From: Escherichia phage UE-M6
Length of the DNA stretch: 64,000 nucleotides
Sequence record: PP301343.1
Reading direction: 5' to 3' (one strand)
In this document: positions 48,840 through 58,129 of the stretch, piece after piece
Layout: each line of letters starts with the position of its first letter
Numbering within the stretch: the first letter of the stretch is position 1
Program-made: the position numbers and the translations under genes
Notes under the pieces: model-generated
The model's database searches: none
What the model was told of the DNA's origin: nothing
Seen by the model: only the letters and a program-made list of their open reading frames with translations

Positions 48840-49346
48840 TTATTTTGAAGGTCTAGCAGCTACTGGTTTGTTTTCCTGATTCTGATACTTACCATTGTAA
48901 TTAGCAGGTTCTTGAACCAGATGAAATAATACTTGAGCTATCCCAGCACCAGCCGGGATATGCAATTTCTTACGACCGTGATAGACCAGTTCGAGGGTAA
49001 GATACCCTTTCCATCCTGGTTCTATTACGGTATTGAACACTGATAATGCACGTCTTGCCCATGTAGACTTATCGTGAACGATTGCTACACAGGACGGGGA
49101 CATGTTGAACTTCTCAATTGCTGAGGCCAAGGCGAACTTACCGAGATGGCGTGATACTTGATTTCCATCAACGACTTTCACCATTGGAATCAGCCCAAAT
49201 AAGCGATAGAAGGTAATATCTTGTTTGATACGAATATCATAACCAGCTTCACCTAATCCATAGCTTACACCATGCTCTGATACCTTATGGTCTGGGACAT
49301 CCAGCAACTGAGATGAACGGTATAGAGAATTACCATTAACAACCAT
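48840..49346 (-). CDS. dCTP deaminase / dUTPase-family protein
   Basis: Motif GEAGYDIR and later PAGAGIAQVLF resemble trimeric dUTPase/dCTP deaminase motifs. Confidence 0.45.
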   Translation of the reverse strand: MVVNGNSLYRSSQLLDVPDHKVSEHGVSYGLGEAGYDIRIKQDITFYRLFGLIPMVKVVDGNQVSRHLGKFALASAIEKFNMSPSCVAIVHDKSTWARRALSVFNTVIEPGWKGYLTLELVYHGRKKLHIPAGAGIAQVLFHLVQEPANYNGKYQNQENKPVAARPSK

Positions 49347-50521
49347 TATTTCATTCCTTTAGGGATATGAACTACCTCCCCAAAAGGTACGGTAGCATTG
49401 GGATTATTCAGAACACACCAGATGATAGGAATATCAAATGGTAATTCTTCCATTGGACGAACATACATATCGGAGAATATGATTGCAGCGGTTGGTTTAT
49501 TCTTAATAATCCACTCGCGTACTGGTTCCAGGTTTGTACCACCACGACCGGTAATCTTAATCTCTTCAAAAGTATCTTCTTCAGTGATGTCTATCTCTTC
49601 TTGGATAATATCGTCGAAGGTAATTAAGGACATCTTCTTAGGATTGAACTGGCTCTTAACGTAGGCAACCTCTGAGTTAAAACGCAGAGAGTCAGCACTA
49701 CTAATAGAACCAGATACATCCTCAAAGTAGGCTAAGTGTCGTAAGCGTCCTTCATCATCTTCCATGGAAGGTAGATAGATGTCAGTAAAACGACGGTTAG
49801 GTCTGGCCCACGTATAATGAGTATCGTCAATGTCGGTAAAGAAGTTCATGAGGACTTCCTGCCATGGAACCACTGGTTTAAGGAATTGGGTAATAACCTC
49901 TTCCATACGACCAGCACCCTTACCGGGCATCTGTCCACCAGCCATTTTCTGGCTCTGCATTGCTCGTACTACGTTGTTGACGACAGCACCCTGGGACTGC
50001 CCCGAAGTGGGGGATTTCATGTCGCCAGCAAGACCTGCTCCAGCACCCCCTGACGGCTTCTGCCTTTTCTGAGGGTTCTTCATCAGGTCATCGTAGATGT
50101 CTTCTTCGACCCATCCTTTATATTGAGGGTCTTTGCAAATACCTTTATCAATGCCAGTGAACTTGTAACCGTCTTCCTCTAACTGAAGGTTAATGAAGTG
50201 GTCACATGCCTGATTCCAGATTTCTGGGTCACGGCTTCCACGACGGATGCCATGCAGATATGCCACATGCCAAAGTTCATGCATTAACACTGTTTCTCTG
50301 GCATCTGGACACATCCAGATAAAGAAATCTGGATTGAAGTGAAGTTCTATCCCATCAGTACATGCAGTGGGACAATTCTCACGTTTCCATGAGAACTTAA
50401 GACTACATAGTAATGAACCAAAGAACGCAGCACTGCGTCCGAGAAATGCGTTGGCCTGTATTCTATCGTATTCCCTCATTAACTGTTCATCAGTGAGGTT
50501 ATGTGGTGGTATGTTATTCAT
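49346..50521 (-). CDS. VWA-domain protein with N-terminal HExxH metallopeptidase-like region (N4 gp25-like)
   Basis: HELWH motif in the N-terminal half; MIDAS-like DVSGSIS in the C-terminal half; partner of the upstream AAA+ ATPase. Confidence 0.6.
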   Translation of the reverse strand: MNNIPPHNLTDEQLMREYDRIQANAFLGRSAAFFGSLLCSLKFSWKRENCPTACTDGIELHFNPDFFIWMCPDARETVLMHELWHVAYLHGIRRGSRDPEIWNQACDHFINLQLEEDGYKFTGIDKGICKDPQYKGWVEEDIYDDLMKNPQKRQKPSGGAGAGLAGDMKSPTSGQSQGAVVNNVVRAMQSQKMAGGQMPGKGAGRMEEVITQFLKPVVPWQEVLMNFFTDIDDTHYTWARPNRRFTDIYLPSMEDDEGRLRHLAYFEDVSGSISSADSLRFNSEVAYVKSQFNPKKMSLITFDDIIQEEIDITEEDTFEEIKITGRGGTNLEPVREWIIKNKPTAAIIFSDMYVRPMEELPFDIPIIWCVLNNPNATVPFGEVVHIPKGMK

Positions 50522-50997
50522 TAAGATGCTCCATGATTTATATGGTAACCCAATAATTTTTCTGCTTCCTTTCTGGCTGTAATGGCCTCTTGTTTACTGT
50601 TAAACTTTCCTAAGTAAATTTGTTTACCATTATCATTTATATGGGCAGCCCAGATTTTATCTCGGGTGTGCCAGTAAACTCCTGTCACACCTGATGTATT
50701 TGTAATTCTCTTGGTTTGATTTTTGCAATTAATCGAGTTTGTTACTAAACGGAAATTGCTTGGGTAATTATTTAATCTATTATGGTCAATATGGTCTACC
50801 TGCATACCGTCAGGAATTGGTCCAATCTCCATTTCATAAATTATGCGGTGAACTAAATGCATTTTCTTGTTACATTTAACACGCAAATACCCACTGTTAT
50901 CCAAACAACCGGCAATGGCACCTGCTTTTACGCAGCCCCTGCTTACTTTCCAGTAGAGGGAACCATTGCTATAAACAAATAGTTCATGCCAATTCAT
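50521..50997 (-). CDS. HNH homing endonuclease with AP2 domain
   Basis: HNH_3-like VDHIDHNRLNNYPSNFRLVT and AP2-like C-terminus; inserted exactly between the AAA+ and VWA genes. Confidence 0.75.
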   Translation of the reverse strand: MNWHELFVYSNGSLYWKVSRGCVKAGAIAGCLDNSGYLRVKCNKKMHLVHRIIYEMEIGPIPDGMQVDHIDHNRLNNYPSNFRLVTNSINCKNQTKRITNTSGVTGVYWHTRDKIWAAHINDNGKQIYLGKFNSKQEAITARKEAEKLLGYHINHGAS

Positions 50998-51001
50998 TAT
51001 T

Positions 51002-52054
51002 TTATCCGTGAATGTAACGAGAGATATTAGCAGCAGCCTTACGCCATTCAGGTGTAGCCTGAAGTTCTGGCAATGCTCTGCCTACTGTACGGAAGTACAG
51101 AATCTTATGGGTGAACGTTTTAAAGCGTTCAATGTACTGAAGAACATCAGAGAAGTTTTCTTCAGTAGTTTTGTTAGCCAGGTGGTTAACAGTAGCCCAA
51201 CACAGGTTGTTATCTTCCGGTAGTGCACAGCCCAGAGGGTCTTTGACTACTTTCTCAATCGTAATCATACGATTGTATACCTGAGTGAATTGAACAAACT
51301 CTGTAGCCTTACCAGCAGTAACATGTCCTGCGTAGTAGATAGAATCTTCATCTGGCAGAGCACCTTCAGGACGGTTCTTGAGGTCTTTGTTAACAAAGTC
51401 CCAGGTGCGTGGGCAACAGAACGTTTTGTTCTTATGGGCTGGGTCGAAGTCATGCAGATAACCTGGGTTAGCATGTAAGAATGCAACCAGACGTTCATCC
51501 CATTCTTGTGGAATCATTACATCTTCAACAAAGATGTCGAAGTTAAGTTCCATTTCGAAGTGAACCACGCGAGACTGCATTGCAGTGCCCAGTGGGTTAA
51601 CAATGGCACGGTCAGTAGCTTTGTTACCAGCACATATAATCATCACATTAGGATGGAGTTTTTTCTGACCAGTCATACGGTCCAGAATCAGTTTGTATGC
51701 AGCAGCTACTACTTCTTTTCTGGCTGAGTTGAACTCATCAAGGAACAGGAGCCAACCATTATATCCTTCCGGTATCTCATCCCCCTCAATAGGGAATAAG
51801 TCAGCGAATGGGATAAACTCTGCACGGTCACCATTACGGAATGGTAGACCAGACAAATCCTCTGGGGCAGAAGTAGACAGACGATGGTCTATCAGTTTCA
51901 TACCAAATTCTTCTGCAACAGAGCGAATAATTGCAGATTTACCCATTCCCGGTGATGAAGTCAGGAACGGTACGTTACCTGCTTGCAGGGCACGGATAAT
52001 AAAGTTACGGGCCTGACGTGTATTACATACGGTCAGTGAGTCAATGCTCGCCAT
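51002..52054 (-). CDS. AAA+ ATPase, MoxR/CbbQ-like (N4 gp24-like)
   Basis: Walker A SPGMGKS, Walker B LLFLDEF; 350 aa. Confidence 0.7.
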   Translation of the reverse strand: MASIDSLTVCNTRQARNFIIRALQAGNVPFLTSSPGMGKSAIIRSVAEEFGMKLIDHRLSTSAPEDLSGLPFRNGDRAEFIPFADLFPIEGDEIPEGYNGWLLFLDEFNSARKEVVAAAYKLILDRMTGQKKLHPNVMIICAGNKATDRAIVNPLGTAMQSRVVHFEMELNFDIFVEDVMIPQEWDERLVAFLHANPGYLHDFDPAHKNKTFCCPRTWDFVNKDLKNRPEGALPDEDSIYYAGHVTAGKATEFVQFTQVYNRMITIEKVVKDPLGCALPEDNNLCWATVNHLANKTTEENFSDVLQYIERFKTFTHKILYFRTVGRALPELQATPEWRKAAANISRYIHG

Positions 52055-52088
52055 TTACTTACTCTCCTAAAGTTAATGGAATTACTAA

Positions 52089-52415
52089 TTAAGATTTAAT
52101 ACATGGGTAGGCTGTATCAATTGCCATCAGAACCATGTCTGATGGTACTTTTACTGCATTAACCTTTCTGTCATACAGAATAATAGTGGCTACTTTGTCA
52201 AAGACATTTCCTAACTTCAAACTATCTGGTACGCAGTTCTTACCTGCTTCTACACCCATAGTAACCATGCCCATAAAGTAACCCTGGTTCACAAAGTTTG
52301 CATTATTGGCTTTGTAGTCAGCAGCAGCGTCTAACAGAGTTTCACGGCTGGATGCTTGAGCATTGAATGACAGAACTGATAAAGCTACTACAGCAACAGC
52401 AATTAAAGTTTTCAT
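52089..52415 (-). CDS. Secreted / periplasmic small protein (signal peptide)
   Basis: N-terminal MKTLIAVAVVALSVLSFNAQA looks like a Sec signal peptide with an AQA cleavage site; mature part about 85 aa with two Cys. Confidence 0.5.
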   Translation of the reverse strand: MKTLIAVAVVALSVLSFNAQASSRETLLDAAADYKANNANFVNQGYFMGMVTMGVEAGKNCVPDSLKLGNVFDKVATIILYDRKVNAVKVPSDMVLMAIDTAYPCIKS

Positions 52416-52601
52416 TTAGTTACCTTTTAACTCGTTGAGTTGAAGTACTCCAGTAGGGGTTAATGACCACCCAAGACCAGCATTGAACTGCACTAAGCCC
52501 AGTTTCTTAAGAGACTGTGCGGTTTTATTATTGCGGTTGCTGGTGGCAGAACCACCTTGAACCATACGAAGGAAGATTGCTTGGGACTGGGTTAATTTCA
52601 C
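52416..52601 (-). CDS. Small hypothetical protein
   Basis: 61-aa ORF, tightly packed. Confidence 0.4.
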   Translation of the reverse strand: MKLTQSQAIFLRMVQGGSATSNRNNKTAQSLKKLGLVQFNAGLGWSLTPTGVLQLNELKGN

Positions 52602-52858
52602 TCATCTTCTCCTTCATCTGGGAGTGGTGATAAATCTACACATAAATGCTCAAAGCGTTTTTCTAAGACAGCAATTCTCTTTTGATAAAATGACAGCAGT
52701 TCAGGAAGTATTCTTGTACGAGCTTGCGGTCCTAAATCCGTACCATTGAATGATACTTTCACCATATGTGGTGACTTCTTCAAACTAGCTAATTGCTGTC
52801 GGTTGTCGTTGTATTCTTCGTACAGTTTCTCAACCAAACGTAGATTGTGGATATTCAT
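52598..52858 (-). CDS. Hypothetical protein
   Basis: 86-aa ORF overlapping its neighbours by 4 nt. Confidence 0.4.
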   Translation of the reverse strand: MNIHNLRLVEKLYEEYNDNRQQLASLKKSPHMVKVSFNGTDLGPQARTRILPELLSFYQKRIAVLEKRFEHLCVDLSPLPDEGEDE

Positions 52859-53043
52859 TTTTTCTCCGGTACGAACTGCATTACACAGTTTTGATTACGA
52901 GGGATATTCAATTCACATTCATGCTTGAGGGTTTGTGTTACAGAATTTGGAGTAGAACCAAAGTAGGTATTAGAAATAGCTACAAATCCTGCACCTAATA
53001 AACCGCCTAGTAAGAATGAGAAAAATGCAATCTCTTTATACAT
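52855..53043 (-). CDS. Small membrane protein
   Basis: 62 aa with one hydrophobic helix. Confidence 0.4.
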   Translation of the reverse strand: MYKEIAFFSFLLGGLLGAGFVAISNTYFGSTPNSVTQTLKHECELNIPRNQNCVMQFVPEKK

Positions 53044-53068
53044 TTCCTGGCTCCAGAATGTTTAAGTC

Positions 53069-53098
53069 AAAAAAAGACCTCCCTTCATCTGGGAGGTC
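53069..53098 (-). terminator. Rho-independent terminator after the decoration-like gene
   Basis: 8-bp stem gacctccc/gggaggtc, followed on the - strand by a T7 run. Confidence 0.65.
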
Positions 53099-53148
53099 AA
53101 GCTTGGGAGTTTTATATCAGGGTTTACAACCCCAAATAAAGGCTACCT

Positions 53149-53982
53149 TTATTCTACAACAGTAATAGCGATGGTTACATCGACCTTACCGTTGGTAACT
53201 ACTACAGAAGTAGCTTCACCAGCAGCCACTGGTTTAACCGTCAATACGTTACCGGCAATGGTAGCCGTAGCACGGGCAGAATCTGGGGTAGTCTTAATAG
53301 ACAAAGTACCAGCAGATGAACCAACAGGCATAGCAGCAATGGTTACAGTCTTACCGGCAGCAGTATCATCAGCAACAGACAGAGCCAGTGAATCAGGAGT
53401 AGCTACCAGTGAGCTTGCTTCATAGTAGCCTACTGCCAGCAACGACGTATCTTCTACAGTGGTTCCATTGGCATCAGTAACAATCACTTTATAAGTACCA
53501 GCAGAAGCAGCGGTTACGTCATTAAGGGTTAATGTTGCAGTAGCAGCAGATGGGTTAGTACTAGAGCTAATATCAGTGAATGCTGCACCAGCAGTATCAG
53601 CTTTGAACTGCCATTTATAAGTAAATGGTGCTTTACCGCCTGCTACATCAACATGCCAGTTAATATCTTCGCCTTCGATAGCAGAGATTACACGAGGCAG
53701 TTTAGTAGCAACAGTCAGTCGTGGAGTAGCTTTCATGTCAATAGAGATGGCTTGCATATCCACGATGTTGTTAGGCCAGAAGCCTGCTTCAGCAGGGTTT
53801 TTAGCAGAACGTTTATACAGCAGATCACGTACACCGTGAAAGATAACTAAACTATCCGGGTAAGTGGCATCCGGATGCACAAAAGTACCTACCTCTACGG
53901 AACCACCCGGGATAGAACCCCCTGCATCCAGTACAGTTGCAACATTGGTGGTTTTGTTAAAACCTACTTTTAAAGTTGGCAT
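53149..53982 (-). CDS. Ig-like domain structural protein (capsid decoration, N4 gp17-like position)
   Basis: Start at the internal Met (MPTLKVG) with a GAGGAA RBS; Thr/Ala/Val-rich Ig-like repeats; flanked by strong terminators; directly downstream of the RNAP II genes as in N4. Confidence 0.5.
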   Translation of the reverse strand: MPTLKVGFNKTTNVATVLDAGGSIPGGSVEVGTFVHPDATYPDSLVIFHGVRDLLYKRSAKNPAEAGFWPNNIVDMQAISIDMKATPRLTVATKLPRVISAIEGEDINWHVDVAGGKAPFTYKWQFKADTAGAAFTDISSSTNPSAATATLTLNDVTAASAGTYKVIVTDANGTTVEDTSLLAVGYYEASSLVATPDSLALSVADDTAAGKTVTIAAMPVGSSAGTLSIKTTPDSARATATIAGNVLTVKPVAAGEATSVVVTNGKVDVTIAITVVE

Positions 53983-54028
53983 ATGAATTTCCTCATAAGT
54001 AAATAGCAGGATTAGTATACATGACATG

Positions 54029-54058
54029 TAAAAAAATAAACCCTCCGTTAAGAGGGTT
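54029..54058 (-). terminator. Rho-independent terminator upstream of the decoration-like gene
   Basis: aaccctc/gagggtt hairpin followed on the - strand by tattttttt. Confidence 0.55.
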
Positions 54059-54254
54059 AGTTGTTTACACAGTAGATAGCAAAAGCTATCCATCCTGCCA
54101 TTACAAAGCATCCTAGTGAGTATGCTCCATAGTAGCAGTAAGCAAACTTAGACTTGTGGGCACGAACTATCGTAGCCAGAATCAGTACAGATAAAACTAT
54201 CAGTATTAGCTGAGAGATTACTTCAAAATTGATAAGCATAGTTGCTACCTCCAA
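54057..54254 (-). CDS. Small membrane protein
   Basis: 65 aa, two hydrophobic helices; 3' end overlaps the terminator. Confidence 0.35.
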   Translation of the reverse strand: MEVATMLINFEVISQLILIVLSVLILATIVRAHKSKFAYCYYGAYSLGCFVMAGWIAFAIYCVNN

Positions 54255-54297
54255 GCAAAAAATAAAGCCCCACTCCCGAAGGAATGAGGCTAGTTTA

Positions 54298-55515
54298 TTA
54301 ACTTAATGCATAATCTGTTTCTAGAATGTCTTGCCAGAGGCTGTCATCCAGCTTACCAGCAGAGAACTCTTGTCCCAGTACTTGAGACAGAATGAAGCCC
54401 AGTAAGTCACTCTTAGCAATGTCAGACAGAATCTGATTGTACTGACGACGCAGGTCATTACCATAGTTAGGGTGGCAACGGAAGCAATCATGTACAGTCA
54501 TTACAGGGAATGGTTTCTTAGGCATAGTGTCGATCATATCTGCTACTACTTGACGGTCTACCAATGCAATAGTATTCGGGTCAAGGAAGTCTAGGATAGA
54601 TAGCGACAGGAATCCTGACCTTTCATAATGATTCCAGATTTCCATAGTCTTCTCTTGGTTCCCCTCAATAACGGGGTATTCACTTGGCCCGATATCGCAC
54701 AGTTCCCGTACATAGGCAACCAGTTTAGGGTCGAAGTTACAACGACGCAGCATCTCACGTACTACCATCCCATCAATAGAGTGAGTGATGTTAGCAGAGA
54801 GCATACGGGTCTTCTCTTCAGTACCCTGAACCATACGAGTGATGTCAAATGGTTTACCCAAGAAGTTAACAGTCTGTACTTCAAGAACCATGACTTTAAT
54901 GACAGCATGGAAGTTGTCAGGGAGTACCCATATGTAACGGTTAGCATCCGGGTTACCACATTGCAGTAAGAACTTGTTAAGTGCCCAAGGACCACTTGCA
55001 ACTGTTTCCATTACATTTTCAAAAGTCTTGAGACGGATACCTTCCCCGAATACTTCTTTAGGTTTGGCTTCTGAACCGTAGAATGCAGTCATAACTGCCT
55101 GCTTGGTATCACTACGTTTAATACGGGATGCTTCACCAAGGATGTCCAGCATCTTGTGATATATAACTGTATAAGCATCACGTCGTAATGGCTTACCATT
55201 CTCTCCCATGTAATTAACTACGTTACACAGTTCAGCAGCAGAGCGGTCACCAGTCAGGCAGGCCAGTAACTGCAAGCCTGATGATGTAGCATCCAGGGCT
55301 ACGGCATATCCGATAGGCTTACCAGCTTTCATATCTTTCCATGCGTTTACACCAGCATAGAACAGTGCAGATTCCTCAGCTTCATCTACCAGATTAAGCA
55401 AGTTAGCTTCATTCTCATCGAACCAAGCAATACGCTCATCCCAGGTCTTTTTATCCAGACCATAGTTATTGGCGATGTCTACTTTCAGGTATTCTTTAGC
55501 GGTTAACAGTTGCAT
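54298..55515 (-). CDS. RNA polymerase II catalytic (large) subunit, T7-like (N4 gp16-like)
   Basis: Motif A-like DATSSGLQ and motif C-like HDCF; start at the internal Met with an AAGGAA RBS. Confidence 0.8.
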   Translation of the reverse strand: MQLLTAKEYLKVDIANNYGLDKKTWDERIAWFDENEANLLNLVDEAEESALFYAGVNAWKDMKAGKPIGYAVALDATSSGLQLLACLTGDRSAAELCNVVNYMGENGKPLRRDAYTVIYHKMLDILGEASRIKRSDTKQAVMTAFYGSEAKPKEVFGEGIRLKTFENVMETVASGPWALNKFLLQCGNPDANRYIWVLPDNFHAVIKVMVLEVQTVNFLGKPFDITRMVQGTEEKTRMLSANITHSIDGMVVREMLRRCNFDPKLVAYVRELCDIGPSEYPVIEGNQEKTMEIWNHYERSGFLSLSILDFLDPNTIALVDRQVVADMIDTMPKKPFPVMTVHDCFRCHPNYGNDLRRQYNQILSDIAKSDLLGFILSQVLGQEFSAGKLDDSLWQDILETDYALS

Positions 55516-55561
55516 TTTATGTTCCTTAGCGTCTGAGCCATTTGGCTCGCATAGTGGGTAG

Positions 55562-56068
55562 TTATTGACCGTGACGGTTAGTATAGCCAGCACCATTCTG
55601 GTTCAAGGCTTCTAACATGTCGGCTCGTGCATCACATGCTTGTTGGAATGCGAACTCGTAGCCGTATTTCTTAACTGAGAATACTTTACACCTCTGTTTC
55701 TTTGTGATGTTGTCCGTACATGTAGCACGCCAGAATAACCCCTTTGGTGAATCCCATAGAGATACACCAGTTACCCCAGATTTATTGTCTGAACGTTTAG
55801 TAGAGTTACGCAGGTTGACTACAATGGGAACACATCGCAAGTTACACCAGCGGCAGTCCGTTCTGATACCGTTGATGTGGTCAATTGTATAACCAGCAGG
55901 GATAGATCTATGCTTCATTTCCCACAACCAACGGTGAAGGTATAAGATTTTATTTCCACGAGAGATGCGAATGTACCCAGTGGCACTATTCGCTGCCTCC
56001 GGTGGATGGGCTACAGCAAGTTCATCAACTGACTTGTTCCAGTAGCCCATTGGCATACGCTCTTTCAT
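55562..56068 (-). CDS. HNH homing endonuclease with AP2 domain
   Basis: HNH motif IDHINGIRTDCRWCNLR and AP2-like SGVTGVSLWDSPKGLFWRA; inserted between the two RNAP II subunit genes. Confidence 0.75.
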   Translation of the reverse strand: MKERMPMGYWNKSVDELAVAHPPEAANSATGYIRISRGNKILYLHRWLWEMKHRSIPAGYTIDHINGIRTDCRWCNLRCVPIVVNLRNSTKRSDNKSGVTGVSLWDSPKGLFWRATCTDNITKKQRCKVFSVKKYGYEFAFQQACDARADMLEALNQNGAGYTNRHGQ

Positions 56069-56886
56069 TAATCCTCATTAACAAGTTCTTTTTCTGCAAA
56101 TTCTAGGACTGCTTTATTCCAAGAAGTCCCTTGGTAGTTACAGTGATAGCCCTGAGCGTAAGTACGCCCACGTTTGTCATATTTGTGACCCAGTGAGAAG
56201 TTATTACCTTCTTTGGTCACTAACTCCATTACTTCTTTAGCGGTACGGCTGTATTTCTCAAAGGCTTTAACACGCTTCTCATAGTCCTGACGGGTTTCAC
56301 CCTCTTTAGGCTTATCCATGTTAGGACGAGAGTCTTTTACATAGTTAGCAACGTCCCAGTTAATACTTAGACGCTGATTATTCATACGGTTGATATGGTC
56401 AAGACAGACATCCATCTCATGATGGTTCTTCTTGAGGATGATACTTCCCCTGCTCTTGTAGTAACCTGTGTCACGGTTACACAGAACAGGCTTAGGAGCA
56501 CTTACGATGGGTAATGGATACTGGAATGCTTCCAGTTCCATCTGAACATCTTCACTAATCTCATAGATAACACCGAACTTGTCGATGGTAGGGTCATAGT
56601 TGAAGCAGTCATTCTCTGCCATCTTATACAGACAGTCAGCGATGTACTGAGCATCATCTGAATGGCTCATAAGAGAGCCAATCATAGTCTGAAGGTCAGC
56701 ACGTTTATGTAGGGCAATCTGCACCATTGCATCAATGAGCAGCTTATAATCAATTTCCAAATAGGCAGCGAATGCCTTAAAGTCAATTTCTTCGGAGTCC
56801 TCAAATTCCTTCCTCATGCGAGGGAGTAATTGATTTTTGTTGAAAAGAATTTCGAGTTGCTTCTGATGTTCAATGGATGAGTACAT
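56068..56886 (-). CDS. RNA polymerase II small subunit, T7-RNAP N-terminal-like (N4 gp15-like)
   Basis: Segment DKRGRTYAQGYHCNYQG resembles the T7 RNAP DWRGRVYA...NPQG region; AGGAGA RBS; preceded by a hairpin promoter. Confidence 0.7.
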   Translation of the reverse strand: MYSSIEHQKQLEILFNKNQLLPRMRKEFEDSEEIDFKAFAAYLEIDYKLLIDAMVQIALHKRADLQTMIGSLMSHSDDAQYIADCLYKMAENDCFNYDPTIDKFGVIYEISEDVQMELEAFQYPLPIVSAPKPVLCNRDTGYYKSRGSIILKKNHHEMDVCLDHINRMNNQRLSINWDVANYVKDSRPNMDKPKEGETRQDYEKRVKAFEKYSRTAKEVMELVTKEGNNFSLGHKYDKRGRTYAQGYHCNYQGTSWNKAVLEFAEKELVNED

Positions 56887-56915
56887 CGCTTATTCTCCTA
56901 AATGTGATTAATAAC

Positions 56916-56934
56916 CAAAAGCTGCGGAGCAGCT
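56916..56934 (-). promoter_or_regulatory. Putative N4-type vRNAP hairpin promoter upstream of the RNAP II genes
   Basis: Template-strand hairpin agctgc-GGA-gcagct (6-bp stem, 3-nt loop) with CCAAAAG flank; loop-centre G at 56927, stem G three positions away; predicted +1 about 56916. Confidence 0.5.
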
Positions 56935-57202
56935 ATTACCTAACGTTTAGTCCAAAAGGTAATACGAATACTGTTCTCTTGACCAAGGTAGTCAATACGT
57001 ACATATAAACCATTACCACTAAACTCGTTATTTTTCTTCTGGTAAGGTCATACCAGACTACGCATAGGTATTTTAATTAAACCAGATATGTGACCTAGTT
57101 TAGTACGATCCTTTAGTTCGTTTTGTAATGCACAATAGATATCATGCCGTGTAAGTGCTCTGGCTCTGACTTGAGCAGCCCATAGTTCTTCATAAGTCAT
57201 TA

Positions 57203-57553
57203 TTAACTCCAGTAGTTGTAAGCATCGCCTAAATGTTTACGCCATGCTTCGGGTAACAGTACATTTCCAGTTACATTGATGAACTGGTATGGGTCCAGGT
57301 AGTCATTACTCATGACTTTGAAATCCCATTGTGGATTGGCAGATGCATAGGCAATAAAACCTTCAATGAAGCCATAAATAGCACCTTCTTTAATACGGTT
57401 ACCATTGCCATCTCTTACCGGGATAGCAAAGCTATTACCATAGTGACCATAGGCCATACCCCAGCGAGCACCATGTTTCTTATAAGCTAACTTGGCAGAA
57501 GCATTGGTATGCTGCCCAAGCGTATTAGTAGTAAATACTAAGATTTCTTTCAT
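57203..57553 (-). CDS. Hypothetical early protein
   Basis: 116-aa ORF, Gly-rich, first gene upstream of the RNAP II promoter region. Confidence 0.45.
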   Translation of the reverse strand: MKEILVFTTNTLGQHTNASAKLAYKKHGARWGMAYGHYGNSFAIPVRDGNGNRIKEGAIYGFIEGFIAYASANPQWDFKVMSNDYLDPYQFINVTGNVLLPEAWRKHLGDAYNYWS

Positions 57554-57557
57554 TTAG

Positions 57558-57878
57558 TTAATCCTTTGGTTTTAATACCTGGAATGCGAACACAGGACGT
57601 TTACTACGCCACTGGTTCATAGCTAGTTCACTAGTTTCAGAACCATCATGTAAGTCATAAATGAATGAGATTACATAGTCTGGTTCTTCCGGGAAGTTCT
57701 CTGTAGAGAATGGTAGACCCGATTCTTTAAGGATAGGAACCAGTGGAGATTCAGCATTGCAGTAGAGGGTAAATTCTTCATTGAATGCCTGACTTGTTTG
57801 AGATACGTAATCAATATTACGCATCATTTTATCTACATCTGTAAATGTAGAATCATGAACTACTAGAATAGTTTTCAT
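57558..57878 (-). CDS. Hypothetical early protein
   Basis: 106-aa ORF. Confidence 0.45.
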   Translation of the reverse strand: MKTILVVHDSTFTDVDKMMRNIDYVSQTSQAFNEEFTLYCNAESPLVPILKESGLPFSTENFPEEPDYVISFIYDLHDGSETSELAMNQWRSKRPVFAFQVLKPKD

Positions 57879-58129
57879 ACCTTTCTCAATGTCCCATAGA
57901 TGTTATTATCGACAATACTCAAATCACAAAAACCAATTTCTTCTTGTCTCCCAGAGGATACCCAGATATTGTTTTCTGTTAGCTTAGGCTTCTTAGAGAA
58001 TCCTATTAATGAGGTATTAGCACTTTTATATTGACGTGGTAATAAAGCTATATACTTAACCCAGTGAGGTACTTGAATGGTGTGCTTCATATATTCCACA
58101 GTCTTGCCTGTAGGATATGTAATAATCAT
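57875..58129 (-). CDS. Hypothetical early protein
   Basis: 84-aa ORF overlapping its neighbour by 4 nt. Confidence 0.4.
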   Translation of the reverse strand: MIITYPTGKTVEYMKHTIQVPHWVKYIALLPRQYKSANTSLIGFSKKPKLTENNIWVSSGRQEEIGFCDLSIVDNNIYGTLRKV

